Source: Xylanibacter ruminicola 23 (lineage in GTDB: Bacteria; Bacteroidota; Bacteroidia; Bacteroidales; Bacteroidaceae). Taken from it: DNA of 32,000 nucleotides. Positions 14,528 through 23,414 of this stretch are shown one piece after another; position 1 is the stretch's first letter, and every line of letters starts with the position of its first letter. Location: positions 840,001-872,000 of the forward strand of contig NC_014033.1 in assembly GCF_000025925.1 (NCBI RefSeq), written 5' to 3'. The translations under genes were made by a program, and so were the position numbers. The notes beneath the pieces were generated by a model. The model saw nothing but the letters and a program-made list of their open reading frames with translations. It did no database searches and had not been told where the DNA came from.

Positions 14528-15483
14528 TAGCGTGACTTAAAAGCTGCGAGCCATTCGCTGACGTTCTTCTCGATGCGCTGGGCGATATCCTCGTCGCTGT
14601 TCTCGCGCTCAAACTTCTCGCCTACGATGTGCTCGTACAGCTCGATGTAACGCTCTGATACGCTCTCGGCATACTCGTCGGTAATCTCGGGCATGGTCTG
14701 TCCGGGCTCGTTCATGAAGTCGTGCTCGATGAGCCACTGACGAACGAACTCCTTAGAGAGCTGGCGCTGGGGCTCGCCCTTGGCAAGCTTCTCCTCGTAA
14801 CCATCAGCATAGAAATAACGGCTTGAGTCGGGGGTGTGGATCTCGTCGATGAGGTAAACCTTACCATCGCGCTTACCAAACTCGTACTTGGTATCAACGA
14901 GGATCAGTCCGCGCTTGGCGGCAATCTCCTGTCCGCGAGCGAAGATCTTACGGGTGTAGTCCTCCATGATGGCATAGTCCTCGGCAGATACGATGCCCTG
15001 AGCGATAATCTCTTCCTTCGAGATGTTCATGTCGTGACCCTCATCGGCCTTGGTTGTTGGGGTGATGATGGGCTCGGGGAAACGCTCGTTCTCCTTCATG
15101 CCGTCGGGCAGCTTCACACCACACAGTTCGCGGCAGCCATTCTTGTACTCGCGCCAAGCCGAACCGGTAAGGATGCTACGGATAATCATCTCAACACGGA
15201 AACCCTCGCACTTCAGACCAACGGTTACCATGGGATCGGGGGTAGCCAGCTTCCAGTTGGGGCAGATGTCGGTAGTGGCATCGAGGAACTTGGCTGCAAT
15301 CTGATTGAGCACCTGACCCTTGAAGGGGATTCCCTTGGGCAGTACTACGTCGAATGCTGAGATACGATCGGTGGCTACCATCACCATCAGATCGTCGTTA
15401 ATGTTGTAAACGTCACGAACCTTGCCGTGATAAACGCTCTTCTGACCTGCGAACTTAAAGTCCGTCTTAGTTAATGCTTTCAT
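14527..15483 (-). CDS. purC: phosphoribosylaminoimidazole-succinocarboxamide (SAICAR) synthase
   Basis: 318 aa. YHGKVRDVY...[25 protein letters not shown] and [11 protein letters not shown] are the long-form PurC signatures. Confidence 0.9.
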   Translation of the reverse strand: MKALTKTDFKFAGQKSVYHGKVRDVYNINDDLMVMVATDRISAFDVVLPKGIPFKGQVLNQIAAKFLDATTDICPNWKLATPDPMVTVGLKCEGFRVEMIIRSILTGSAWREYKNGCRELCGVKLPDGMKENERFPEPIITPTTKADEGHDMNISKEEIIAQGIVSAEDYAIMEDYTRKIFARGQEIAAKRGLILVDTKYEFGKRDGKVYLIDEIHTPDSSRYFYADGYEEKLAKGEPQRQLSKEFVRQWLIEHDFMNEPGQTMPEITDEYAESVSERYIELYEHIVGEKFERENSDEDIAQRIEKNVSEWLAAFKSR

Positions 15484-15517
15484 CTTATTATATCTGTTTT
15501 GACAATTTCTCTCTGTT

Positions 15518-16480
15518 TCACTTGTTTGGTATTTCGCCCTTCATCTCTTTATCAAACTCCTCGTAGGCGTTGACGATGCGGGTTACGAGTTTGTGGCGAA
15601 CGATATCATCGCGCTGCAGATTAACGATACCAATGCCCTCTACATTATTTAATATATGCAGGGCCTCGATGAGTCCGCTCTTTTGCGAGTGGGGCAGGTC
15701 GATCTGCGTCATGTCGCCTGTAATAATCATCTTGGTGTTCCAGCCCATACGGGTGAGGAACATGCGTATCTGGGCGGGCGTGGTGTTCTGCGCCTCGTCG
15801 AGAATCACGATAGCATCGTTCAGCGTGCGACCGCGCATAAATGCCAAGGGGGCAATCTGAATGATGTTCTTCTCCATCATATCCTGCAGCTTTACCTGAG
15901 GCAGCATGTCCTCGAGGGCATCGTAAAGGGGCTGCAGATAGGGGTCGATTTTATCCTTCATGTCGCCAGGTAGGAATCCGAGTTTCTCGCCAGCTTCTAC
16001 AGCTGGTCGCGAGAGGATAATCTTTTTGGCGGTTTTGTCTTTCAGGGCTTTAACGGCAAGGGCTATGGAGAGGTATGTTTTTCCGGTACCAGCTGGGCCA
16101 ACGGCAAACACCATGTCGTTATGGTTGTAAGCCTCGATGAGTCGCTGCTGGTTGGGCGTTCGCGCCTTGATGGGGCGGCCCGACATGGAATAAACCACAA
16201 CGCCATCGGGCACATCATCGCGCGTGCGCTTACCTTTTATGATATCGAGGATGTCCTCGTCGCCAAGCGAATTAAAACGGAGTACATGGGCGCGCAGCTT
16301 TTCAACACTTTCCTCGAAAGCTGCCATTTGTTCCTCGTCGCCCAAAACGCGAATCACATTGTCGCGGGCCATGATGCGCAGTTTGGGGTATAACGAGCGA
16401 ATCATCTGTAAGTGCCCGTTGCCAACCCCATAGAATATCACGGGGTCAATGTCTTCTAATACGATATGTTTCTCTATCAA
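15518..16480 (-). CDS. phoH: PhoH-family ATPase (PhoH-like, phosphate-starvation-inducible)
   Basis: Track ORF 15518..16543. I prefer the in-frame TTG at 16480 ([19 protein letters not shown]..) because the minus-strand TAACTTTG box (16507-16514) lies inside the longer ORF. Walker [12 protein letters not shown], Walker [11 protein letters not shown], and the PhoH C-terminal region. Confidence 0.88.
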   Translation of the reverse strand: MIEKHIVLEDIDPVIFYGVGNGHLQMIRSLYPKLRIMARDNVIRVLGDEEQMAAFEESVEKLRAHVLRFNSLGDEDILDIIKGKRTRDDVPDGVVVYSMSGRPIKARTPNQQRLIEAYNHNDMVFAVGPAGTGKTYLSIALAVKALKDKTAKKIILSRPAVEAGEKLGFLPGDMKDKIDPYLQPLYDALEDMLPQVKLQDMMEKNIIQIAPLAFMRGRTLNDAIVILDEAQNTTPAQIRMFLTRMGWNTKMIITGDMTQIDLPHSQKSGLIEALHILNNVEGIGIVNLQRDDIVRHKLVTRIVNAYEEFDKEMKGEIPNK

Positions 16481-16506
16481 AAGCTGAAGTTTTTTATTTT
16501 TGGGCA

Positions 16507-16514
16507 CAAAGTTA
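16507..16514 (-). promoter_or_regulatory. -7 promoter box (TAACTTTG) for the phoH-purC-ubiE-aroE-purM operon
   Basis: Plus-strand caaagtta, ~27 nt upstream of TTG 16480, back-to-back with the plus-strand box at 16528. Confidence 0.55.
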
Positions 16515-16527
16515 CAAATAATTTTTG

Positions 16528-16535
16528 TATCTTTG
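16528..16535 (+). promoter_or_regulatory. -7 promoter box (TATCTTTG) for the M15-like peptidase / ypfJ unit
   Basis: TATCTTTG lies 23 nt upstream of ATG 16558. Confidence 0.55.
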
Positions 16536-16557
16536 CAACGCAAAACAGAATTTTTAA

Positions 16558-17313
16558 ATGAAACTTACAAAAAAAAGATATTTAATAGGATTTATGGGCA
16601 TTGTAGCGGTGCTTGCGGTGGTACGTGCCGAGTTTCCGCAGCTGGCTGAACCAAGAATTGCTGAGAGCCATGTAGAGGTGAATGCCGACAGTGTGGCAGC
16701 TGCGATGCCTCATACCGATTTCAGTGCTACAGCTACTGCTAAGAAGCATAAGATATACTCGGTGCCCAGCTTTAAGGCCTGCTTTCCTGATACCCAGTCG
16801 GTGCAGTTGGCTGCAGCGATGAAGTGGGGCGTGAAGCGTGTAAAGAACCGCGAGGATGCCGAGAAGCGTAAGAGCGAGCTGGTGTATGTGGGTGCCAACC
16901 CTTACGTGCATATCGACAAGCTGTACTCGAGTATTCCTTACCTGGTGCCCCGTGCGGCGGTGCTGCTGCAGGATGTCGGTCAGGCATTCTTCGACAGCTT
17001 GTATGTAAAGGGCATTGCCCTGCATCGCCCCATTGTTACCAGCGTGCTGCGTACCGAGGCCGATGTGACCAAGCTGCGCCGACATAACGGCAATGCTACC
17101 GAGAACTCGTGCCATCTGTATGGTACCACCTTCGACATCTGTTACAACCGCTACGAAACGGTTCAGGATCCTGATGGACCTGCGCGCAGGGCTGTGCGTA
17201 ACGACAGCTTGAAATACGTGCTGTGCGAGGTGCTGCGCGATATGCGCGAACAGGGTCGCTGCTACATCAAATACGAGGTGAAGCAGGGGTGCTTTCATAT
17301 GACGGTACGTTAA
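16558..17313 (+). CDS. exported VanY/M15-like (LAS-fold) peptidase-signature protein, otherwise uncharacterised (DUF-type)
   Basis: 251 aa. N-terminal signal/anchor MKLTKKRYLIGFMGIVAVLAVV. SCHLYGTTFD matches S-x-H-x-x-G-x-x-x-D of D-Ala-D-Ala carboxypeptidase-type LAS enzymes, and a distal His occurs in GCFHMTV. Confidence 0.7.
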   Translation: MKLTKKRYLIGFMGIVAVLAVVRAEFPQLAEPRIAESHVEVNADSVAAAMPHTDFSATATAKKHKIYSVPSFKACFPDTQSVQLAAAMKWGVKRVKNREDAEKRKSELVYVGANPYVHIDKLYSSIPYLVPRAAVLLQDVGQAFFDSLYVKGIALHRPIVTSVLRTEADVTKLRRHNGNATENSCHLYGTTFDICYNRYETVQDPDGPARRAVRNDSLKYVLCEVLRDMREQGRCYIKYEVKQGCFHMTVR

Positions 17314-17373
17314 ACATTAAACGTAAAACATTAAACATTAAAGATTAAACATTAAAGATTAAACATTAAATAA
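17311..17373 (+). repeat. nine tandem heptamers (TAAACAT TAAACGT AAAACAT TAAACAT TAAAGAT TAAACAT TAAAGAT TAAACAT TAAATAA)
   Basis: Counted base by base. The array begins with the stop codon of the upstream gene and ends 12 nt before the ypfJ ATG. Confidence 0.9.
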
Positions 17374-17385
17374 AAACTTAGGACT

Positions 17386-18267
17386 ATGAGATTAGACGGA
17401 CGAAGAGAAAGCTCGAATGTTGAGGATCGCCGCGGTATGAGCGGTGGTGCTAAGGCTGGTATCGGAGGTATTGGCGGTATTATTCTGATTGCTCTGTTTA
17501 CCTTTCTGCAAGGTGGAAACGTGGGCGATGTCGTACAGAATGTGGTGCAGCAAGGCTTACAGATGCAGGCGCCTACCGAGACCGTTGGTGAGGAGAATTT
17601 TACTGAGGAGGAACAGGAACTGGCCTCGGACTGTAAGAAGATTCTGGCTAGTACCGAGGAGGTATGGGCCAAGGTGTTCGAGGAGAATGGCTGGGGCGAA
17701 TATCAGTACCCCACGCTGGTGCTGTTCAGTAATCAGGTAAACTCGGCTTGCGGCTCGGCTACAGCTGCGGTGGGTCCGTTCTACTGCTCGGGCGACCAGA
17801 AACTGTATGTCGATCTCTCGTTCTTTACCCAGATGAAACGTCAGTTGGGTGTTGAGGGTAACACCTTTGCCTACGCGTATGTGATAGCCCACGAGATTGG
17901 TCACCATATTGAGTACCTGACGGGTACACTGAACAAGGCGCATTCGGCTATGAACCAGACAGATAAGGTGAGTGCCAACCAGATAAGCGTGCGCTTGGAG
18001 CTGTTGGCCGATTACTATGCCGGCGTGTGGGCGCATTACGAGGATGCGATGAACCACTCGATGGAGTACGGCGATTTAGAAAAGGGCTTGGAACTGGCTA
18101 AGGCTATCGGCGACGACTGGTTGCAGAAGAAGGCTCAGGGCCGTGCAACACCCGAATCGTTTACCCACGGCACCAGCGATCAGCGTAAGCGCTGGCTGAA
18201 GCGTGGCTTCGAGACTGGCGACATGCGCACCACAACCTTCGCTGTACAGAATTACAACGATCTATAA
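17386..18267 (+). CDS. ypfJ: YpfJ-family neutral zinc metallopeptidase
   Basis: 293 aa. N-terminus MRLDGRRESSNVEDRRG (as in YpfJ MRWQGRRES.NVEDRR), a Gly-rich TM segment, and a zincin motif VIAHEIGHH. Confidence 0.88.
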   Translation: MRLDGRRESSNVEDRRGMSGGAKAGIGGIGGIILIALFTFLQGGNVGDVVQNVVQQGLQMQAPTETVGEENFTEEEQELASDCKKILASTEEVWAKVFEENGWGEYQYPTLVLFSNQVNSACGSATAAVGPFYCSGDQKLYVDLSFFTQMKRQLGVEGNTFAYAYVIAHEIGHHIEYLTGTLNKAHSAMNQTDKVSANQISVRLELLADYYAGVWAHYEDAMNHSMEYGDLEKGLELAKAIGDDWLQKKAQGRATPESFTHGTSDQRKRWLKRGFETGDMRTTTFAVQNYNDL

Positions 18268-18738
18268 TTACTCGTGATGATAGGGCTCGCCTTTGATGAT
18301 GGTGCAGGCACGATAGATCTGCTCGGTAAATACCAAACGAATCATCTGATGCGAGAACGTCATCTTTGAGAGCGAGAGTTGCTCGTTAGCACGGGCATAT
18401 ACCTCGGGAGAAAATCCATACGGTCCGCCTACGACGAATACCAGTCGGCGGGCCGTATTGCGTTTCTGCTCCAGCCACTTGGCAAACTCGATACTACGAA
18501 ACTCCTTACCATGCTCGTCGAGCAGCACCACGGTGTCGCTGGGCTGAATCTGTTTCAGAATCAGTTCGCCCTCGGTGGTTTTCTGCTGTGCCTCCGACAG
18601 GCTCTTGGTGTTTTTGAGTTCGGGGATGGTTATGAGCTCGAAAGGCATGTAATGTCCGATGCGATCTACATAATCGTTGATGCCCGCCTGGAAATGCTTG
18701 TCGGTGGTCTTGCCAACCAGTATTAAGATAGTCTTCAT
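18268..18738 (-). CDS. rlmH: 23S rRNA (pseudouridine1915-N3)-methyltransferase (SPOUT)
   Basis: 156 aa. Typical RlmH length and C-terminus ..FSHQMIRLVFTEQIYRACTIIKGEPYHHE, plus FVVGGPYG. Its stop codon abuts the convergent ypfJ stop with 0 nt between them. Confidence 0.88.
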   Translation of the reverse strand: MKTILILVGKTTDKHFQAGINDYVDRIGHYMPFELITIPELKNTKSLSEAQQKTTEGELILKQIQPSDTVVLLDEHGKEFRSIEFAKWLEQKRNTARRLVFVVGGPYGFSPEVYARANEQLSLSKMTFSHQMIRLVFTEQIYRACTIIKGEPYHHE

Positions 18739-18766
18739 GATTGAAAATTGAATATTGAAGATTGAA
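18739..18766. repeat. four tandem heptamers (plus strand NATTGAA; sense strand TTCAATN) directly abutting the rlmH ATG
   Basis: gattgaa aattgaa tattgaa gattgaa at 18739-18766, which fills the gap between the GH25 stop (18769-18771) and the rlmH start (18738). Confidence 0.85.
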
Positions 18767-18768
18767 AG

Positions 18769-20085
18769 TTATTTTATGCTTTTGTTGGCTACGAACTCGT
18801 CGAACTGACTCTTATAGCCGTTAAACACATTGATATCTACATCGCCACGAATACCGTTTACACGGCCATCGGGGCACAGTTGCCAGAAGGCCAGGCGCAC
18901 ATCGGGCTTGTACTCGCCGTAGCGGGCAATCCACACGTCGTAGTCGCGCTTAATGTCGGGCACCATACCAAAATATTTATTGATAAACATCTGGTTTATA
19001 TATAAGATAGGTGTTACGCCGCAACGGGCCTTAACCATCCTGCACCAGATACGTATCTGCTGGAACATCTTCTCGGCACCGCCTGCAGCACGTATCTGTG
19101 CGTCGCTGGGCTCTACATCGAGCACTGGGGGCAGGTCGCCCTTCTGGAACTTGGTGTGCTTGATGAAATGCTTGGCCTGGGCGGCACCCGATGTTTTGAG
19201 CGAGAAGAAGTGGTAGGCGCCGATGGGGATACCATGTTTGCGTGCCTTGGCGTAATCGTCGGCATAGAACTTATTGGTTACGGTAACGCCCTCGGTACTC
19301 TTGATAAAGATAAACGAGATGGGGTAGTTGGCCTTGCCGTGCACATTCTTGTGGTTTTTCTTGCCTAAGAAGCTGATGCTGAGCTTATCCCAAAGGATGG
19401 GTGATTTGTGGCGCCCCTTGCCGTGCTGGTAGCGGGCGATATCAATGCCGTAGATGCGCTCGGAGGTGTACTTCATGCGTTCGCCCCAGAATCGGTTCTT
19501 CTTCCATTCGCCCACCTGCAGGCGTGGCTCGCCATCGGTAGGGGTGAGCAGTTGAATGCCGAATCCGTCGCGCTTATCATCGGTCCAGTGACCCTCGAAA
19601 TAGCTGCCATCGGCTATGTAAGCACCATGACCGTTGGCTTTGGTACCTCTGAAGTCGCCTTGGTAAGTTCCTAAGCTGTCGATACGCAAACCCGTTTTGA
19701 TGGTGTCGGCCTGATAAGTGGCCACGATGGTAAAACCAGCCGAGTCTAAAGCCAGCGTGGTGCCCTCGTGGGTACGGTTGCGCCAGTTGCCCACGTTCCA
19801 AACGGTTAGTCGCTGGGCAGGTTCAATCTGCAGGCGCTTACCGTTGGCAAAGGCTGCCACCATCTCATAGCCCTCGTCCATCACGTTGTGACGGTCGAAG
19901 TAATACTCAAATTCGTCGCCAAAATCGGGCATAGAGTCGTTGGGCAGGGTGTCGGCCTCGGCGGCAAGTGTGTTCTGCATATCGGCACTTAGTTGCATGC
20001 CGGGATGCGTGGGTTGCCTCAGAAAGTAGGTTGATGCCAACAGCAGAACAAAGGGTGTTATAATAGATATTAATACCTTTTTCAT
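18769..20085 (-). CDS. secreted GH25-family lysozyme (muramidase) with N-terminal MORN-repeat region
   Basis: 438 aa. Signal peptide MKKVLISIITPFVLLLAS. MORN-like YQGDFRGTKANGHGAY..YFEGHWTDDKRDGFG. GH25 core YGIDIARYQHG...FIFIKSTEG..V.N..Y..D...A...GIPIGAYHFF...LPPVLDVE. Confidence 0.82.
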   Translation of the reverse strand: MKKVLISIITPFVLLLASTYFLRQPTHPGMQLSADMQNTLAAEADTLPNDSMPDFGDEFEYYFDRHNVMDEGYEMVAAFANGKRLQIEPAQRLTVWNVGNWRNRTHEGTTLALDSAGFTIVATYQADTIKTGLRIDSLGTYQGDFRGTKANGHGAYIADGSYFEGHWTDDKRDGFGIQLLTPTDGEPRLQVGEWKKNRFWGERMKYTSERIYGIDIARYQHGKGRHKSPILWDKLSISFLGKKNHKNVHGKANYPISFIFIKSTEGVTVTNKFYADDYAKARKHGIPIGAYHFFSLKTSGAAQAKHFIKHTKFQKGDLPPVLDVEPSDAQIRAAGGAEKMFQQIRIWCRMVKARCGVTPILYINQMFINKYFGMVPDIKRDYDVWIARYGEYKPDVRLAFWQLCPDGRVNGIRGDVDINVFNGYKSQFDEFVANKSIK

Positions 20086-20106
20086 TTATTTACATGATTT
20101 CGGGTG

Positions 20107-20114
20107 CAAAGTTA
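20107..20114 (-). promoter_or_regulatory. -7 promoter box (TAACTTTG) for the GH25-rlmH unit
   Basis: Plus-strand caaagtta, 22 nt upstream of ATG 20085. Confidence 0.55.
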
Positions 20115-20127
20115 CAAATTAATTTGC

Positions 20128-20135
20128 TATCTTTG
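20128..20135 (+). promoter_or_regulatory. upstream -7 promoter box (TATCTTTG) facing the leu leader region
   Basis: TATCTTTG lies ~180 nt upstream of the leader-peptide ATG. A second box is at 20277-20284. Confidence 0.4.
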
Positions 20136-20276
20136 CCATCAAAATAATGATAATTTTTATGCTTATGATAAAGAATTGATGTGCGAACAGGCCCCCAAAA
20201 AGGGCTAAAACTAATAAATTGATAGATTTTTCGATAAAAAAGTTACGAATTGTTTGTTTATTCCAACGAAAATGAT

Positions 20277-20284
20277 TAATTTTG
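20277..20284 (+). promoter_or_regulatory. -7 promoter box (TAATTTTG) for the leu leader / leu operon
   Basis: TAATTTTG lies 28 nt upstream of leader ATG 20312, with TTTG-containing sequence (ttgtttgttt) ~20 nt further upstream as a possible -33 element. Confidence 0.5.
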
Positions 20285-20311
20285 CAGCCGAAAATAAAAA
20301 ATTAAGCAAAA

Positions 20312-20380
20312 ATGAAGAGTCTGAATCTACTTAACAGCCTGTTTATTATTATTCGACTGCATGGGGCAGGTCGGAAGTGA
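20312..20380 (+). CDS. 22-codon leader peptide of the leu operon (MKSLNLLNSLFIIIRLHGAGRK), Leu- and Ile-rich
   Basis: Hand-translated. It has 5 Leu codons (4, 6, 7, 10, 16) and 3 consecutive Ile codons (12-14). Its last 10 nt (tcggaagtga, including the stop) are perfectly complementary to 20441-20450 inside the downstream terminator hairpin. Confidence 0.6.
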   Translation: MKSLNLLNSLFIIIRLHGAGRK

Positions 20381-20430
20381 CAGGGTATGTAGATAATTGA
20401 CAATGTTTCATTGAAACTAAAAATTAAGAT

Positions 20431-20471
20431 AGAGCCTTTCTCACTTCCGAGTGTGAAAGGCTCTTTCGTTT
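20431..20471 (+). terminator. attenuator terminator upstream of leuA
   Basis: Stem agagcctttc(t)cac (20431-20444) / gtg(t)gaaaggctct (20451-20464), 13 bp with one mismatch and a 6-nt loop, followed by ttcgttt. It lies 44 nt upstream of the leuA ATG. Confidence 0.65.
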
Positions 20472-20514
20472 GGAATAAATTAATAGTTTAATCGTAAAAT
20501 AGTAAAATTGTAAA

Positions 20515-22017
20515 ATGGAAAGGTTGTTTATTTTCGACACAACGCTCCGCGACGGCGAACAGGTGCCCGGATGCCAGTTGAACACCGTAGAGAAGATTCA
20601 GGTGGCTAAGGCGCTTGAGCAGTTGGGCGTGGACGTGATCGAAGCAGGATTCCCTATCTCAAGTCCAGGTGACTTTAACAGTGTGATTGAAATCTCGAAA
20701 GCGGTTACATGGCCAGTGATTTGTGCGCTGACACGTGCCGTTGAACGCGATATCGACGTGGCTTTCGAAGCCCTGCAGTATGCCAAGCACAAGCGTATTC
20801 ACACGGGTATCGGTACCAGCGACGAGCACATTCGGTATAAGTTCAACTCAACCCGTGAGGAGATTCTGGAGCGTGCCGTTGCCGCCACCAAGTATGCCAA
20901 GCGATTTGTAGATGATGTGGAGTTCTACTGCGAGGATGCCGGAAGAACAGACAACGCATATCTGGCCCAGGTGGTAGAGGCGGTAATCAAGGCTGGTGCT
21001 ACCGTAGTAAACATCCCCGATACCACAGGCTACTGTCTGCCTGAGGAGTATCACGATAAAATCAAATACCTGATGGAGCACGTGGATAATATCGATCGCG
21101 CCATCATCTCAACCCATTGTCATAACGACTTGGGTATGGCTACTGCCAACTCGTTCAGCGGTGTGATGGCAGGTGCCCGCCAGGTGGAGGTAACCATCAA
21201 CGGTATTGGCGAGCGTGCCGGTAACACATCGCTCGAAGAGATTGCCATGATACTGAAGTGCCACAAGCAGTTAGGTATCGAGACCAACATCAATACCACC
21301 AAGATTTATCCTACCAGCCGTATGGTGTCGAGCTTGATGAATATGCCCGTTCAGCCTAACAAGGCTATCGTGGGTCGTAATGCCTTTGCGCACTCAAGCG
21401 GTATCCATCAGGACGGTGTGCTGAAGAACGTACAGACCTACGAGATTATGGACCCCAAGGATGTGGGTATCGACGATAACTCAATCGTACTCACCGCCCG
21501 CTCAGGTCGTGCTGCCTTGAAGCATCGTCTGCATGTGAACGGTGTGGATCTGACCGAGGAGAAGTTGGATAAGGTATATGAGAAGTTCCTGGTATTGGCC
21601 GACCAGAAGAAGGAGGTGAGCGATGCCGATGCTCTGATGCTGGCTGGTGCCGATACAGCTGATACACATGCTGTTAGATTAGACTTCCTGCAGGTTACTA
21701 CAGGTAAGGGCGTGAAGAGTGTGGCCAGTATCGGACTGGACATCAGCGGACAGAAGTTCGAGGCAGCTGCTTCGGGTAACGGTCCGGTTGATGCAGCCAT
21801 CAAGGCACTCAAGAAGATAATCATGAAGCAGATGACGCTGAAGGAGTTTACCATCCAGGCTATCTCGAAGGGTAGCGACGATGTGGGTAAGGTACACATG
21901 CAGGTGGAGTACGACGGTGCCCTTTACTATGGTTTTGGTGCCAACACCGATATCGTTACCGCCAGCGTCGAGGCGTATATCGATTGTATAAACAAGTTTA
22001 AAAAGGAGGAAGATTAA
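20515..22017 (+). CDS. leuA: 2-isopropylmalate synthase
   Basis: 500 aa. [25 protein letters not shown], and a C-terminal LeuA allosteric (dimerisation) domain. It is the first gene of the leuA-C-D-cimA-B cluster. Confidence 0.92.
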   Translation: MERLFIFDTTLRDGEQVPGCQLNTVEKIQVAKALEQLGVDVIEAGFPISSPGDFNSVIEISKAVTWPVICALTRAVERDIDVAFEALQYAKHKRIHTGIGTSDEHIRYKFNSTREEILERAVAATKYAKRFVDDVEFYCEDAGRTDNAYLAQVVEAVIKAGATVVNIPDTTGYCLPEEYHDKIKYLMEHVDNIDRAIISTHCHNDLGMATANSFSGVMAGARQVEVTINGIGERAGNTSLEEIAMILKCHKQLGIETNINTTKIYPTSRMVSSLMNMPVQPNKAIVGRNAFAHSSGIHQDGVLKNVQTYEIMDPKDVGIDDNSIVLTARSGRAALKHRLHVNGVDLTEEKLDKVYEKFLVLADQKKEVSDADALMLAGADTADTHAVRLDFLQVTTGKGVKSVASIGLDISGQKFEAAASGNGPVDAAIKALKKIIMKQMTLKEFTIQAISKGSDDVGKVHMQVEYDGALYYGFGANTDIVTASVEAYIDCINKFKKEED

Positions 22018-22019
22018 AA

Positions 22020-23414
22020 ATGAATACACTCTTTGATAAGATATGGGATAAGCACGTGGTGCAGCAGGTGGAGGAAGGTCCTACGCAGCTGTATATCGAC
22101 CGCTTGTACTGTCACGAGGTAACATCGCCTCAGGCATTCGACGGCATGCGTGCACGCGGACTGAAATGTTTCCGCCCCCAGCAGATATTCTGTATGCCCG
22201 ATCACAATACACCTACACACGATCAGGACAAACCTATCGAGGATCCCGTTTCGCGTAAGCAGGTGGACACCCTCGCCAAGAATGCAGCCGAGTTCGGACT
22301 GACCCATTACGGCATGATGTCGAAGGATAACGGTATCATCCACGTGGTAGGTCCTGAGAAGGGATTATCGCTGCCAGGCATGACGATTGTTTGTGGCGAC
22401 TCGCACACCTCTACCCATGGCGCAATGGGTGCTGTGGCTTTTGGTATCGGTACCAGCGAGGTAGAGATGGTGATGGCCTCGCAGTGTATCCTGCAGCAGA
22501 AACCTAAGTCGATGCGTATCACCATCAACGGCGTGCTGGGTAAGGGTGTAACACCTAAGGATGTGGCCCTTTACCTGATGGCACAGATTACCACCAGTGG
22601 TGCTACGGGCTACTTTATCGAGTATGCCGGATCTACGGTTAAGGCTATGAGTATGGAGGGCCGACTGACGCTGTGTAACCTCTCGATAGAGATGGGTGCG
22701 CGTGGTGGTTTTATCGCTCCCGACAGTACCACGTTTAATTACCTGAAGGGTAGGGAGTATACCCCTAAGGGCGAGGCGTGGGACAAGGCTGTGGCCTATT
22801 GGAAAACGCTGAAGAGTGGCGACGATGCTGTGTTCGACAAGGAGCTATCGTTTAATGCTGCTGATATCGAGCCCCGTGTTACCTATGGTACCAACCCAGG
22901 TATGGGTATCGGTATTACTGAGAATATTCCCGCTAATGCCGAGCAGGCTAAAGCACCCGAAGCTGGCTTTGAGAAGGCCCTGAACTATATGCAGTTTGAG
23001 GCTGGACAGAAGTTGCTGGGTACCAAGGTGGATTATGTGTTCCTGGGTGCTTGCACCAACGGACGTATCGAGGATTTCCGTGCGTTTGCCCATCTGGTTA
23101 AGGGCCGTCATAAGTCGCCCGATGTGGTGGCTTGGCTGGTACCTGGTTCGTGGGCTGTTGACAAGCAGATTCGCGAAGAAGGACTGGACAAGGTGCTCGA
23201 GGCTGCTGGTTTCGAAATCCGTCAGCCTGGCTGTTCGGCCTGCTTGGCCATGAACGACGACAAGGTGCCCGCAGGTAAGTTGGCGGTATCAACATCCAAC
23301 CGCAACTTTGAAGGTCGCCAAGGCCCCGGTGCCCGCACCATCTTAGCATCGCCCCTCACCGCTGCCGCTGCAGCGATAACCGGCGTGATTACAGATCCAC
23401 GAGAGTTAATATAG
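22020..23414 (+). CDS. leuC: 3-isopropylmalate dehydratase large subunit
   Basis: 464 aa. [14 protein letters not shown].., [29 protein letters not shown] (aconitase-family Fe-S ligand motifs). Confidence 0.93.
   Translation: MNTLFDKIWDKHVVQQVEEGPTQLYIDRLYCHEVTSPQAFDGMRARGLKCFRPQQIFCMPDHNTPTHDQDKPIEDPVSRKQVDTLAKNAAEFGLTHYGMMSKDNGIIHVVGPEKGLSLPGMTIVCGDSHTSTHGAMGAVAFGIGTSEVEMVMASQCILQQKPKSMRITINGVLGKGVTPKDVALYLMAQITTSGATGYFIEYAGSTVKAMSMEGRLTLCNLSIEMGARGGFIAPDSTTFNYLKGREYTPKGEAWDKAVAYWKTLKSGDDAVFDKELSFNAADIEPRVTYGTNPGMGIGITENIPANAEQAKAPEAGFEKALNYMQFEAGQKLLGTKVDYVFLGACTNGRIEDFRAFAHLVKGRHKSPDVVAWLVPGSWAVDKQIREEGLDKVLEAAGFEIRQPGCSACLAMNDDKVPAGKLAVSTSNRNFEGRQGPGARTILASPLTAAAAAITGVITDPRELI

Noticed and set aside
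16481-16543. Upstream ATG start for phoH (track start 16543)
   Set aside because: The minus-strand TAACTTTG promoter box (16507-16514) lies inside this extension. The in-frame TTG at 16480 gives MIEKH..., a plausible PhoH N-terminus.
17352-17672. 106-aa minus-strand ORF overlapping the ypfJ 5' end
   Set aside because: It is antisense to the well-supported YpfJ N-terminus (MRLDGRRESSNVEDRRG) and ends in the heptamer array (..LMFNL). It is a shadow ORF.
20148-20180. 10-codon mini-ORF MIIFMLMIKN downstream of the first promoter box as a second (Ile/Met) leader peptide
   Set aside because: No convincing terminator or antiterminator structure follows it (only a weak ggccc/gggct pairing without a U-tract). 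The 22-codon leader at 20312 explains the attenuator better.
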